DNA of 64,000 nucleotides from positions 26,042,001 to 26,106,000 of the forward strand of contig CM052817.1 of NCBI GenBank assembly GCA_028534125.1, written 5' to 3'. Every line of letters starts with the position of its first letter. Within the stretch, counting starts at the first letter, position 1. This DNA is from Lama glama. Its lineage: Eukaryota. Shown here in pieces: positions 52,269 to 64,000 of the stretch. Made by a program: the position numbers and the translations under genes. The notes under the pieces are model-generated. The model saw only the letters and a list, made by a program, of their open reading frames with translations. It did no database searches and was not told where the DNA came from.

Positions 52269-55239
52269 AGAATATGTATAGTAGGACCTCATAAAACCCA
52301 CCAAAATGATAGATGGATAAATGTATTTATAAGGATATAAATACATATAAAGAGACCTGGAAGTATTCATACCAGACTGTTGACCGTGGTACCTCTGGGG
52401 AAAGGGAGGAGAATTGGGGAGAGAAGAATGGGAAGGTTGACAGTTGCCATTTTACTCTGTGTACTTCCAGGGATACCACTGATACTGACACATAACTCTG
52501 ATAATGTTGTTTTACAAATATTTGCTACTAAGACTGGCCTAATCAAGAACTGCTTTTAAGAGGTTTATTTCCCAAGGAATCAATCCATTATATAAACGTG
52601 TAGTTCAATGGCATAATTCTAGAAAATACACAGTGGTGGAACTATTTTCCACCTTTTCCAAACTTATAAACAGGCAATTAAATTTGACTCCCCAAAGGTG
52701 AAATAAAGTAAATTAAACCCACCCAACATGAGCTGGAGTGTTTAAGGTTCTAACAGCAGATAATAAATTGCGTAATGGCACTGGAACACTCACTCCCTCA
52801 GTACATACAGAGACAGGATGACTCAACTAACTTATTACAGCTGAACTCTACCAGGAAACGTTTGTTAGTCAAAGGAGGAAATGACTCGGATCTGAGGGAT
52901 GTGGGGAATTGTATTTGCCCTCCCAACAGAGAGGGTGGATTATTTTACTGCTTTTCTGTGCAAAGAGTTTAGCAGGGAATGGTGTGAGAGCTTTAGATGC
53001 GTTTTGTCCTTTATACTGCATAAAAAGTCACCTGTAAACTGGTGCTTAATTTATGCCCAGAGTCAGATTGCTGTAATAGGAAATTACTAATATATAAATT
53101 AAACCCTTGATTGTGGAAAGTGTTAAAATATAAAAAAGTGAATTGTATAGTAGAATTGTACAGACTCCCTAGTACCTATCACTCAGCTTCAGCTCATGGC
53201 CAATTTTATTTCTTCTCTGCCTGTATTTACTTCCTCTCTCCTCCCCTGGATTATTTTGAACTTTTTCAGTGCACTATTCTTATTTTTACAACTAGGCCCT
53301 TTGTGATCAGTTGGAGTAAAGTTGGTTGTCTTCAAGGGTCAAGCCCATGACTTAAACATTATTTAGCATTATTCTCACATTAGGGTTATATATTGAGGAG
53401 CTGAACAACTCCTGTGAAACGTGAAAGGCAAAAGCATTGCTTTAAATTACCTTCTATCCAAGGCCTCTTCTAGGCTGATTTACCAGATTCTGTCTTGCCC
53501 AGGATAGAGCAACTTCTTAATGTCTCTGGACACCAAGAAATCTAAATGTGGGGTGGGATGGGTAAGTTTTTTGCTCTAGTGTGCTGCTGTGTGCTGACAC
53601 TTGTTTTGAGGTCTGGGCCAACAGAGAACTATTTCCATTCTATTTAAAAACCAAACCAAACCAAACCAAGTAATTTTAAAGTGGAAACTATTAACTGAAA
53701 ACTGAATAGTATTTAAAACAGCTCATGTAGAAATTTCCACAGAAACCTAGCACTTTTGAGGAATGTCCTATTTATAAACACATTTTTTCATTTTACTGGA
53801 GGCTAATTAAGAGCAACATACTTTTAAAATTCTAGTTGATTTATATGTTTCTTTCATGTGTAGATACAGAGAAAATAAACATTCAAATTTCAATAAATAT
53901 TTATTAATTACTGTGGCTGATGATTAACATAGATTCCTGCCTCCAAGCTCTGTTTTTTTGGGGGGGTGGGAGAAGTGGTGGTGGAATCTAGTTTTGTAAA
54001 TCAAATGGATTAAAAAGAGACTTAAAAATAGCTGTTCTACAATTTTTATGGGTGATAAACACAACTCTCCTTTGTAAAAATCTGTTTGCTTATATTTTCT
54101 TAGCATTTTCATCTTGAGGCGCTACATTAACTGGATAGATATTGGGTACTTTAGTATTTGTATTTCATTTTTAAAAAGCTTAGTACTATATCATTTAATT
54201 TCAACTCACATTTTATCGGCCTGGCAAGGCAGTGATAGGGAGGAAAGAAGGATCAGTATTTGTAAGTGGACACTTGTGTTATGTCCACACCCAGCACAGT
54301 CTGATCTCTTTTTTTCCTATGGAAAGTCTGTCTCCAAAATTATATTCTCTTCCGCAGAGCTAACCACTTAATTAGGTTTGATGTATATTCTTCCAGTCCT
54401 TTATGTATGCATCATACCTTAATTAAAAAAAATAGACAGTTCTATCGTTTATCCTACTTAGGTAGTCCATGGTTTAAAATGGCATCTTCATCATATTCTA
54501 AATTCTGGTAAAATCATGGATCAGTTTGTCAACATTATGTTCTAATCTATTGCTCTAGCTGACTATTTCTACCTGTGGCTGCATTTTGAAAAGTTAAATC
54601 ACTTATGCATCTAGAATTTGTTTTGGTGTAGGGAATGAAGGTAGGGAGTCAGCTGTTCCCAACATTGTTTGTGGAATAATTTGTCTCCTGCCTAGTGATT
54701 TGATAGGCTGTCATCAAACCTATATATTTCTGTAATGGACATCATGATTACTGAGTTAATTAATGAAAGAAACAATTTGACTTGTCTCTTTATGTTGACT
54801 CTAGCTTCTCTACTGTCAGTTTTCCGTAGTGCAGCCAAGGTGATCTTTTAAAAATACACAGGCATAAAAACCCTTATGGACTTCACATTGCTCTTTGGAT
54901 GAAGACCTAGTCTTGAACATGGCCTAGAAGACTCTGTGTGGCCTGGCCCCTTGACCTTTCTGGTCTCATTTCAGACCACTCTGCTGCTGTCTGGATTCCA
55001 GCACATCATGGCTTTCTTTCAGTTTCTTCATCAGGTCATAATCTTACTCCCTACAGTCTTCACACTGCTCTTCCCTTTGTGTCTAGAATGCCTGCAGCTC
55101 TCAATCCCCGTACCTTCCACTTCACCCTGTTGTATTCTAGTGAATCCATCCACTTTCAACTCAGAGTTAACTTCTTTAGTAAAGTCTTCCTGACTCCCTA
55201 GGTAAGTTTAGAACCAGGTTATGCTTTCTAAGCACCATT

Positions 55240-56710
55240 TATCTTTTTTTGAAGTAACAGCTTTATTGAGATATAATTCACATACCACACAATGCACCAT
55301 TTAAGGTGTACAGTGCAATGGTTTTTAGCATATTCATGGAGTTGTGTGACCATTACCATATTCGATTTTAGAACATTATCTTCGCCCAGGATGTACCAAT
55401 TAGCAGTCACTCTCCACTTCATTCCAAGCCCCCTAGTCCTGGACAACCACATTTTTTTTTTAATTGTAGTAAAATATACATAACAAATTTTGCCCCTTTT
55501 TTTTGTTAAACTTTTTTTTCTTTTTGTAGGGGGAGATAATTAGGTTTGTTTGTTTATTTATTTATTTAAATGGAGGTACTGGGGATTGAACCCAGGACCT
55601 CGTGCATGCTAAGCATAGCATGCTTACTGAGCTATACCCCCTGCAAATTTTGCCATTTTAACAATTTTTAAAATGTACAATTTAATGGCTTTACGTTTAC
55701 AATGTTGTGCACCTATCTCCAGTGTCTGTTTCTAAAACTTTATCACACCAAGCAAACTCTGTACTCATTAAGCAATAATTCCCCATTCCTCTCTTCCCCA
55801 CATCCTGGAAATTACCATTCTATTTTCTGTCTATATGAATTTGCCTATTCTAGAAATTTCATGTAAGTGGAATCATACAATATTCGTCCTTCTGTGTTTG
55901 ACATTTAGCATAATGTTTTCAGGTTTCATCTATGTATCAGAACTTTTTTTTTAATTGAAGTATAGTCAGTTTACAGTGTTGCATCAATTACTGGTGTACA
56001 GCATAATGTTTCAGTCATATATATATATACATATACAGTTATACATACATATATTCCTTTTTGTATTCTTTTTCATTATAGGTTACTACAGGATATTGAA
56101 TATAGTTCCCTGTGCTATACAGAAGAACTTTATTACTCTTTATGACTGAGTAATATTCCATTGAAGTATATACCACTTTTTGTTCATCAGTAGTTGGACA
56201 CATGGGTTCTTTCTACTTTTTGGCTCTTGTGAATAATGTTCTTATGAACATTTAGCATACAAGTATCTATCTGAGTCCCTGTTTTCAAATCTTTGGAGAT
56301 AAATACCTAGAAATGGAATTGCTGAGTCAAATTCCAAATGTAATTGATAATTATATATTTAACTTTTTGAGGACCCACCAAATGGTTTTCCAGAGAGGCC
56401 ATTTAGGAGGTTTCTAATTTCTTCATGTCACTTATTTCCATTTTTCAAATTATAGTCATCCTAATAGGTGTGAGGTGGTATTTCATTGTGGGTTTTTTGG
56501 GGTTTTTTTTTGTATTTCACTAATGACACTGAATGTTTTTTCATGTGCTTTTGGGCTGTTTGCATATCTTTGGAGAAATGTCTATTTAAGTCCCTTTTAA
56601 ATTGGATTGTTTTTGTTATTGAGTTAGAGGGGTTCTTTATATAGTCTGGAGAGTAAACCATTATAAGAAATATGATTTGCAAGTATTTTCTCTCATTCTC
56701 TGTGTTATCT
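55240..56710 (-). mobile_element. Nested stack of old L1M 3' fragments hosting a SINE and a younger L1 tail (~55944-56123)
   Basis: cagctttattgagatataattcacatacca, gtaagtggaatcatacaatatt, aaatacctagaaatggaattgctg, ggagaaatgtctatt. Confidence 0.8.
55495..55643 (-). mobile_element. vic-1-like SINE
   Basis: atggaggtactggggattgaacccaggacctcgtgcatgctaagc...tgagctatacccc. TSD CAAATTTTGCC at 55484-55494 / 55644-55654. Confidence 0.88.
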
Positions 56711-57129
56711 TTTCTAGTTTTTTGGTTCATTTGTATTTATAGCAGTTACAGGTTTGTATTTGTAATTTTTAAAATACTTAGATTAATATTTATCTCCACC
56801 ATTAGAATCTTACCACCCTTTAGGGTAAGTAAGGACTCATTATATAAGTTTTTGCTCACTTTTGTGTGGCTGATGCCCAGCACAGATGCTAATACTTTCT
56901 GAATGAGTGAAGTTCCCTTAAATTAATTGATGAGTTCCATTGATCTGTCAGTTCCATCTTAAGTATCACTAGTACTCCATCTTGTTACTCATTATTCTTA
57001 TTGAGAATCTTCCCAGCTATCCTTGTCATGTTAATTCATGGCCCCCCACCCCCGGCATTGGTAGCATTTTAGGTAACTGATTTTTTTTCTTTCAGCTGGC
57101 CTTCTTGGTAGGATAAAGGCTGCAGAGGT

Positions 57130-57485
57130 ACCATAGTCAGGTTAGGCTGCTGTGGTAAAATGGCACAGACTGTGTAAATTAAACAAGAAATGTTTATTTT
57201 CACAGCTCTGGATTCTGGGAGTTCCTTGATCAAGTTGTGGGCAGATTCAGTGTCTGGTGAGAGACCTCTTCTTAGTTTGTAGATGGCTGCCTTCTTGTTG
57301 TATCTTCACGTGGTGGAGAGAGAGATAGCATGTCTCTTCTTTAAGGGCACTAATCCCATTCATAAGGGCTCCACTCTTATGACCTAATTACTTCCCAAAG
57401 GCTCTACCTCCAAATACCATCCCCTTGGTGATTAAGGCTTCATCATATGAATTTTATGAGGGACACAAACATTCAGTCCATAGCA
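57130..57485 (-). mobile_element. MLT1A-type MaLR solo LTR
   Basis: Reverse complement of MLT1A motifs (aagggcactaatcccattcataagggctccac, acacaaacattcagtccatagca). Confidence 0.85.
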
Positions 57486-57792
57486 GTGGTGAGGCTAACT
57501 AAGTTAAAGAATTAAGTAAGCAAGCAGAGTAGTGCTCAAGTATCACCAGCTTCACAGGTGAGTCCAGTGTAGAGTATCTGAAGACGTTTACACTTATAGG
57601 AAATCAGTATGATGACAGAAGTGGTATCCAGTCATTTGTATAGTTCATAATTCATGTAAGATTAGTAATAAACTCATAGATATTTTTTTAATAAATTGAA
57701 CTATACTTAGTTTAAAAGAACTATTGTGAATCTATACATACATGAATTTTTTATAGCTTAAGAGAAAGAGTAACTCTGAACAGTAGTCTTAA

Positions 57793-57930
<138 letters not shown>

Positions 57931-58552
57931 TGAACAGGATGGTCCTATTCAGAACTGAACTGTACCACTCTATCCTTTTTTTGGGAGAATATTGGTTATT
58001 GGAAGATTTACATTTGATGGGCACTTAAAGTTACTTCATAATTGAAATTCCACAGTGGTATAAGTCATAATGGTTAATATACTTGATAGCAGTTTTTTCA
58101 TTCGAGATAAAAACAAATTGCTGTCTTTATTTATGATAGATTTTTGTTGATGAAATTCACCATTATAGGTGGATAGCACACATTTGTGTACAGACTCTTC
58201 TGTTCTGTATTAACACATATAGCTTGTGCTATATGGAGCTTGTTTACCTGATAATCTGCTATGTAGTCATAGTCCCTGTTATGATATAGTTCAAATCTTA
58301 CTCCAACAAATGGCATGACAGAAGTCTCTGTAAAGATCATTTTCAAATCCAATTCAACTATTTGACAGAGGCAGATTTCTGAACAACAGGTTTTGGATAG
58401 CTTTATTGAAATGAGTGTAGTGAGATTTGAATTGTAGGTTTTTAAAGACTTTACTAGTCTATAAGCTTAAATACAGGGCTGTTTATGTACTATACTGTAT
58501 ACTTTTTATATTCAAAAGGAGAAATTTGACCATTATTCACAATAAATAAAGT

Positions 58553-58598
58553 ACAATTGACCCTTAAACAACATGGGTTTGAACTCTGAGGGTCCATT
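58553..58598 (+). mobile_element. Tigger2-type DNA transposon terminus interrupted by an L1
   Basis: caattgacccttaaacaacatgggtttgaactctgagggtcca, preceded by TA, resembles the Tigger2 terminal sequence. Confidence 0.65.
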
Positions 58599-58799
58599 TA
58601 TTTTTTTATTTTTTTTTAACATTTTTTGATTTATAATCATTTTACAATGTGTCAAATTCTAGTGTTCAGCACAATTTTTCAGTCATTCATGGACATATAC
58701 ACACTCATTGTCACATTTTTTTCTCTGTGATTTATCATAACATTTTGTGTATATTTCCCTGTGCTATACAGTGTAATCTTGTTTATCTATTCTACAATT
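58599..58799 (-). mobile_element. Young L1 3' end running into gap 3
   Basis: poly(T) then gatttataatcattttacaatgtgtcaaattctagtgttcagcacaatttttcagtc; homologous in inverted orientation to 59470-59640. Confidence 0.9.
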
Positions 58800-59299
58800 N
58801 NNNNNNNNNNNNNNNNNNNNNNNNNNNNNNNNNNNNNNNNNNNNNNNNNNNNNNNNNNNNNNNNNNNNNNNNNNNNNNNNNNNNNNNNNNNNNNNNNNNN
58901 NNNNNNNNNNNNNNNNNNNNNNNNNNNNNNNNNNNNNNNNNNNNNNNNNNNNNNNNNNNNNNNNNNNNNNNNNNNNNNNNNNNNNNNNNNNNNNNNNNNN
59001 NNNNNNNNNNNNNNNNNNNNNNNNNNNNNNNNNNNNNNNNNNNNNNNNNNNNNNNNNNNNNNNNNNNNNNNNNNNNNNNNNNNNNNNNNNNNNNNNNNNN
59101 NNNNNNNNNNNNNNNNNNNNNNNNNNNNNNNNNNNNNNNNNNNNNNNNNNNNNNNNNNNNNNNNNNNNNNNNNNNNNNNNNNNNNNNNNNNNNNNNNNNN
59201 NNNNNNNNNNNNNNNNNNNNNNNNNNNNNNNNNNNNNNNNNNNNNNNNNNNNNNNNNNNNNNNNNNNNNNNNNNNNNNNNNNNNNNNNNNNNNNNNNNN
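58800..59299. other. Assembly gap 3 (500 N); right boundary of the inverted block
   Basis: Run of N. Confidence 0.99.
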
Positions 59300-59647
59300 G
59301 TATGAGATTGCTCATACGTGGAATCTAAAAAACAAAAACAAAATCAAGCAAACAAACAAACAAAAACAAAGCGTAAATACAGGACAGAAATAGACTCATA
59401 GACATAGAACACAGACTTGTGGTTGCCAGGCAGGGCGGAGGGTGGGAAGGGATAGACTGGGACTTCAAAATTGCAGAATAGATAAACAAGATTATACTGT
59501 ATAGCACAGGGAATCACAGAAGAAAAAATGTGATAATGAGTGTGTATATGTCCACGTATGACTGAAAAATTGTGCTGAACACTAGAATTTGACACATTGT
59601 AAAATGATTATAAATCAATAAAAAATGTTTTAAAATAAATAAATAAA
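59300..59647 (+). mobile_element. Young L1 3'UTR with (TAAA)n tail
   Basis: agactcatagacatagaacacagacttgtggttgccagg...tgtaaaatgattataaatcaataaaaa, followed by TAAAATGGTTTTGAA at 59648-59662. Confidence 0.92.
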
Positions 59648-61329
59648 TAAAATGGTTTTGAAGTGCCCAAACTGTTCTTAAACTAACTGCAGGATCTACA
59701 GACATGTGCTCAACTACAAAAACAACCATTTAGATGGTTACTACTTGCTGTGTGGGCCAAATCATGAATATGTACATAAATATAAACCCAAAATACACCT
59801 TTACTTATAAGCCTGTAGTAGTTCTTGCATAAGAAGTTTCACAATCTTAAAAAATCCCAATATAAGCCACAATGTAACAGTCAGGAGTGCTTACTTTTCT
59901 GCAAAAATCTTTACAACCCATATACTAATATGTCACTATTAATTATCACCAATTTACAATTTAGTGTCTTTTATTGAAGTTTTTGTACTAAGTTATATTA
60001 AATTATACAGAAAAAGATTAGTACAAATACTTTCTTTTGCAATGTAGTGTTTTTTTACAGATACAGTTAAAGTTGAGACTTTTCTCCATTTATTCTATGA
60101 ACAAGCCTGATTGCTTAATTGGTTTTTCCTGACCTTATGGGCCTCCCAATCAAATAGGTTAGACAGCCACAGACAATTAAATATGGAAGGTGAAGTGATG
60201 GGAGCCACAGACAGCTATTTACAGAAGCCTGAGGTGGGTTAGAGCTCTGGTAAGTGATGTGTGACCTGAGCTTTAACAGATATACACAGTTAGCCAGGCT
60301 TCAAGACTAGGAAGAGAGTAAAGACAAGCAGTATTTCTCTGTATTAAGTCATCTCTCCACCTCAAATCAGTGTATCAATCAAATGCAACATTTTTTTTAA
60401 TTCATTTTGAAATTGGTCTCGCAGTGAGAAATCTATTCAGTTTAAGATGATTCAATGACAGTCCAAATAGTAAAACACTGAAATCAATGGAGAAAATGTA
60501 GGACGAATTCAAATGACTATACAAGCAGGCAGAAACTGATGGGATTTTGGTGTGTGGAATGCAAAGTAATATATAAGCAGGAGAAAATACTCCAAATTTA
60601 CTTTAAACCTGGTAGGCTCCGAAAACTCAAAACAACAAAGCAAGAAGCTTAGGAGTCTGCAGAATGTTTCTTGAAGTCATCTACCAATTGTGCAACTTCA
60701 GGCAAAAAGACCAACAAAACAATTAAGTATAGGACTGGAAATGGGACAGAAAACACTGTTTTGCCCTTAAAAACATGGCCTATCATAATCAAAGTGCTGT
60801 ATACAGTTCTAAATACTGTAGTTCAGAAGCAGTAGGGTACAGTGATTAAGAAAATAGACAACTTTCTGCTACTTACTATGTCTCTGTTTCTTCACTTGTA
60901 AAATCGGAGTAGGAATGCCTACATCAGAGTTGCTCTACAGTTAAATGAAAAACATGTAAGTTTTTAGCATAATACTTGACTCATAGAGTGTTCTCCAAAA
61001 TGAAAGCTATCATTACTACTATTAAGCAAGAAGTAATCTCCCAGAGAAAAGCCATTAAAATATTAACATATTCTCAAACTTTGATGTGTATTCAAATCAC
61101 CTGAAGGGCTGGTTAAACATGCAGATACCTGGGACCTATTCCTCCCAGGGATTAATTCTATACATCTAAAGTAGAATGTGGCCATTCTCTGGCCCAAACA
61201 TCAAAAACTACTGAAGTAAGAGAATCAAGATATAGCCCTATAAAAAGAAGCTGAAAACGAGGGTTCTTCCATTGAAAGAACAGGTCTAAAAGACAGTATG
61301 TTCAAGAGTAATACAGATGTGTTCAAGTT

Positions 61330-62000
61330 TACTCATTCAACCAACATTCACCTACTATGCAGTGGAAAGGACAGACAAGGTCCCCATTTTCCCAGAGTTT
61401 AATTCCTAGTATAGGAGACAGAATATAAAAAATAAGGACATTCCAGATAGTGATGTAATTTTTTTAAAATGAGAGAGAATGGTGAGATAATTGGGAGGGC
61501 AAGCTCCTTCTGAACTTAAGACCTGAATGACATGATGGAATCAGTCACAGGAAAATATGGGAGAATACTGAAGCCACAGGGTACAAGTGCAAATGCCCTG
61601 AGGCAGGAGTAAGTCTGGCAAGTTCCTGGGGCAATGCTAGTGGAGGCTGAAACACAAAAAGAAACTGACGTGGCCAGGTTCTGGGGTACTGATCTAGGCG
61701 TTCGGATACAAGGTGAGATAAGAGAGGAAAGCAGTGTCAAATTTTGTAGTGCCTGGCAAACCTCGATAGAGTTTTGAATTTTATTCGGAATGTGATGAGA
61801 GGCTTTCAACAAAGGGGTGACATAATCTAATTTACACTTTAAAGGATCTCTCAGGCTGTGGTAAGGGGAAGGTGCCATAAAAGGTCAAGAGTGGAAGCAG
61901 GGAGACCAGAAGGTTACTGTACTAGGCTAGGTGAGAGATGCTGATAGTTGGCAAAGGTGGTGGCAGTAGGGATAGGAAGTAGACAAATCTAGAACATATA
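61330..62000 (-). mobile_element. L2 relic
   Basis: tactcattcaaccaacattcacctactatg...gtgcaaatgccctgaggcagga...agagtggaagcagggagaccag. Confidence 0.75.
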
Positions 62001-63229
62001 CTGAACACTGTAATTTAAGGCAAATCAAAGAATAAGTACTAAGTCACATTAGTAGTAAGCATCTGGGACTAATTACCCAAAAGACACAGAATGAAAATAG
62101 AAATTTAAAGGTTTTCAGTAAGTTTATAACTAATGGAACCAAAGGGGTTCCATGTTTAGGATACTTCATAGTGTGTACTAATTATCCTTTGAAGTTGAAG
62201 TGAAGGGACATTTCTTTCTCTTTTGGCACCACTGATAAAGCACTGGACTAAAGCACTGGACACACATCCAAGACTCAATGTCAATAAAGCATATTAAGTG
62301 TAATTTGTAAAGTAAAATCTTTCAGGATCTTACTGCCGGAGGCCTGGATAGCTGGTTAGCATTTAGAGCATACAGTAACAACGGGTAGAACTAAACCTTT
62401 ATCTGAGTCAAATTACTAAATTAGCAAAATCTTTTTACACTTCTATATTGTCAACTCAGGCTATTCTGTGCCTGCTTTCCCAAGAGTTAAGCAAATATTT
62501 ACTCTGTCACACACGCATACTAATTTCTTAAGTTTTACAATATCATCACAGAGATTTAGAAGAAATCTTTTAAAACCACGATTTTAATCACTATCGTGTG
62601 GCAAACATACAGTGAATATTCCCTAAAAGCTAAGGTTCAGAAGTCCCTACCTGCAAAAATTTTAATTTTATTACTCAAAAAAGTACTGCTGTGTGAAAGA
62701 GCAGGCTACAGAAAAGCATATACAGTATGAACTATTTATGTATAAAATACATAAATGCAAAAAAGAAGTCTGGAAAAATATAAGCCACTGCCAACATTTT
62801 GGTGATCTCTGGATGGGAGCAATACTGATGACTTATTTTCTTTTTTTGCTTATCTGCTTTAATCAACATTCTATCCAATTATCACAAATTATTTCATACA
62901 AGCAAAAATATTCAGTTGTAGGTTGACACAAAAGATAAAAAAAGAATTTTAAGAAAATAAATTCATTTGTCTAAATCAGGATTCCAACTGTGGTATTAAG
63001 AAAAAAGTTTTCAACTGCACACACAGAAAAAATACATTTGTTAAAAAGAGGTCCACATTATACCACACAAGGGCAAATCCTTGTAGGGAGTAATCTTCCT
63101 GGATTTGATGAGGGGCAATCAATTAGCACATAGTTCTATTTTTCTTTCTTGAAGTTTTCTAAAGAAACACCTCAATTAATGAGTTCTCTGGGGGAAAAAA
63201 ATGTTCTTTTTAAAAACTAAGTTAGGACA

Positions 63230-64000
63230 ACAGAGAGATAACGGTCTTCCGGCCTCCATTCTACTGCTGAGGGGCACGGAGGGTGGCAGGGCTCAAAGCA
63301 GCATACACCAGAAAAATCTGCGTGGCCGGTCACCCGAAGTGAAAGGGGACACAAGCTTGCTGCAAGCTCCACAGACTGGGCAGCGAGAACGCCTCCTAAG
63401 GGCCTCCAGACTGTAACACCTGAAAGGTCTTACGCCGTCCAAGTTACTGTATGTAGAGCTGCCAGCGGTTTCTGACATTAACACAGACTGGAAAGTCTCA
63501 ACAAACACAGGTATTACGTGCGTGAAGCTCATCCGACTCTATGCAAAGCCAAGACATTTTCTTAAGGCCACGTCTTCGATTTTGCAAACTAGGACAAGTT
63601 AAAACATCCTATTGACTCTCTACAGCTAACAAACATCATCCCAGCTAAAATCCTAACAAACACAGAAACAGGCACTTTGGAAAACTGGCTTTAAACGGCA
63701 ACTTCAGGTACTCCAGTAACCGGTTTATCGCACTTTACCTGTTCCAATAAAGGGTGCTACCTCTTTACGGTCAGCTCTGGTTCCATTTACTGAACAAATA
63801 GAAAAAGGGAATCCTTTAAATTCGCAACACAATAAGGGCCAAAAGCTCCCGCTTTCTGGATGGCAGCTTTCCTGTCTCATCAATCACAACAAAGGACGCA
63901 TCCTAGTGACTTCATCAAGCCCGGCAAGAGCCGAGAAACTGAGGTAAATGATACAGTGTGGATTTCAAGGTTTGTGGCTTTTTCCTGTCAGCTACGACTC
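63230..64000. promoter_or_regulatory. CpG-enriched shore, probably approaching the SMIM14 promoter/exon 1 just beyond the window
   Basis: CpG frequency rises clearly in non-repeat sequence; position fits the 5' end of a minus-strand SMIM14. Confidence 0.5.

Noticed and set aside
62236..62261. 13-bp tandem duplication TAAAGCACTGGAC x2
   Set aside because: Ordinary two-copy micro-duplication with no array structure.

Overview
Mammalian genomic DNA, most likely from a camelid (four vic-1-type tRNA-derived SINEs), taken from a gapped draft assembly with three exactly 500-N gaps. The window is the UGDH-SMIM14 interval. It holds the 5' end of UGDH on the minus strand (CpG-island promoter ~4.7-5.8 kb, non-coding exon 1, first coding exon 1567-1728) and all four coding exons of the 99-aa membrane microprotein SMIM14. 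The main structural observation is that SMIM14's ATG exon (57815-57924) lies on the + strand while its other three coding exons lie on the - strand. The gap-bounded block 40304-58799 is inverted, and an L1 target-site duplication (TSD) split between 40445 and 59648 independently shows this; a scaffolding mis-orientation is the most likely cause. The rest is intronic or intergenic DNA rich in L1, L2, MIR, MLT1, MER21 and Charlie relics, and it includes several atypical L1-machinery products: a U6-L1 chimera, an L1 3' transduction, an orphan polyadenylated insert with a 40-bp duplication, two tailless L1 inserts and a poly(A)-only insert. I found no evidence for a wholly new protein-coding system. 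Repeat-family names are by-eye recognitions and their boundaries are approximate.
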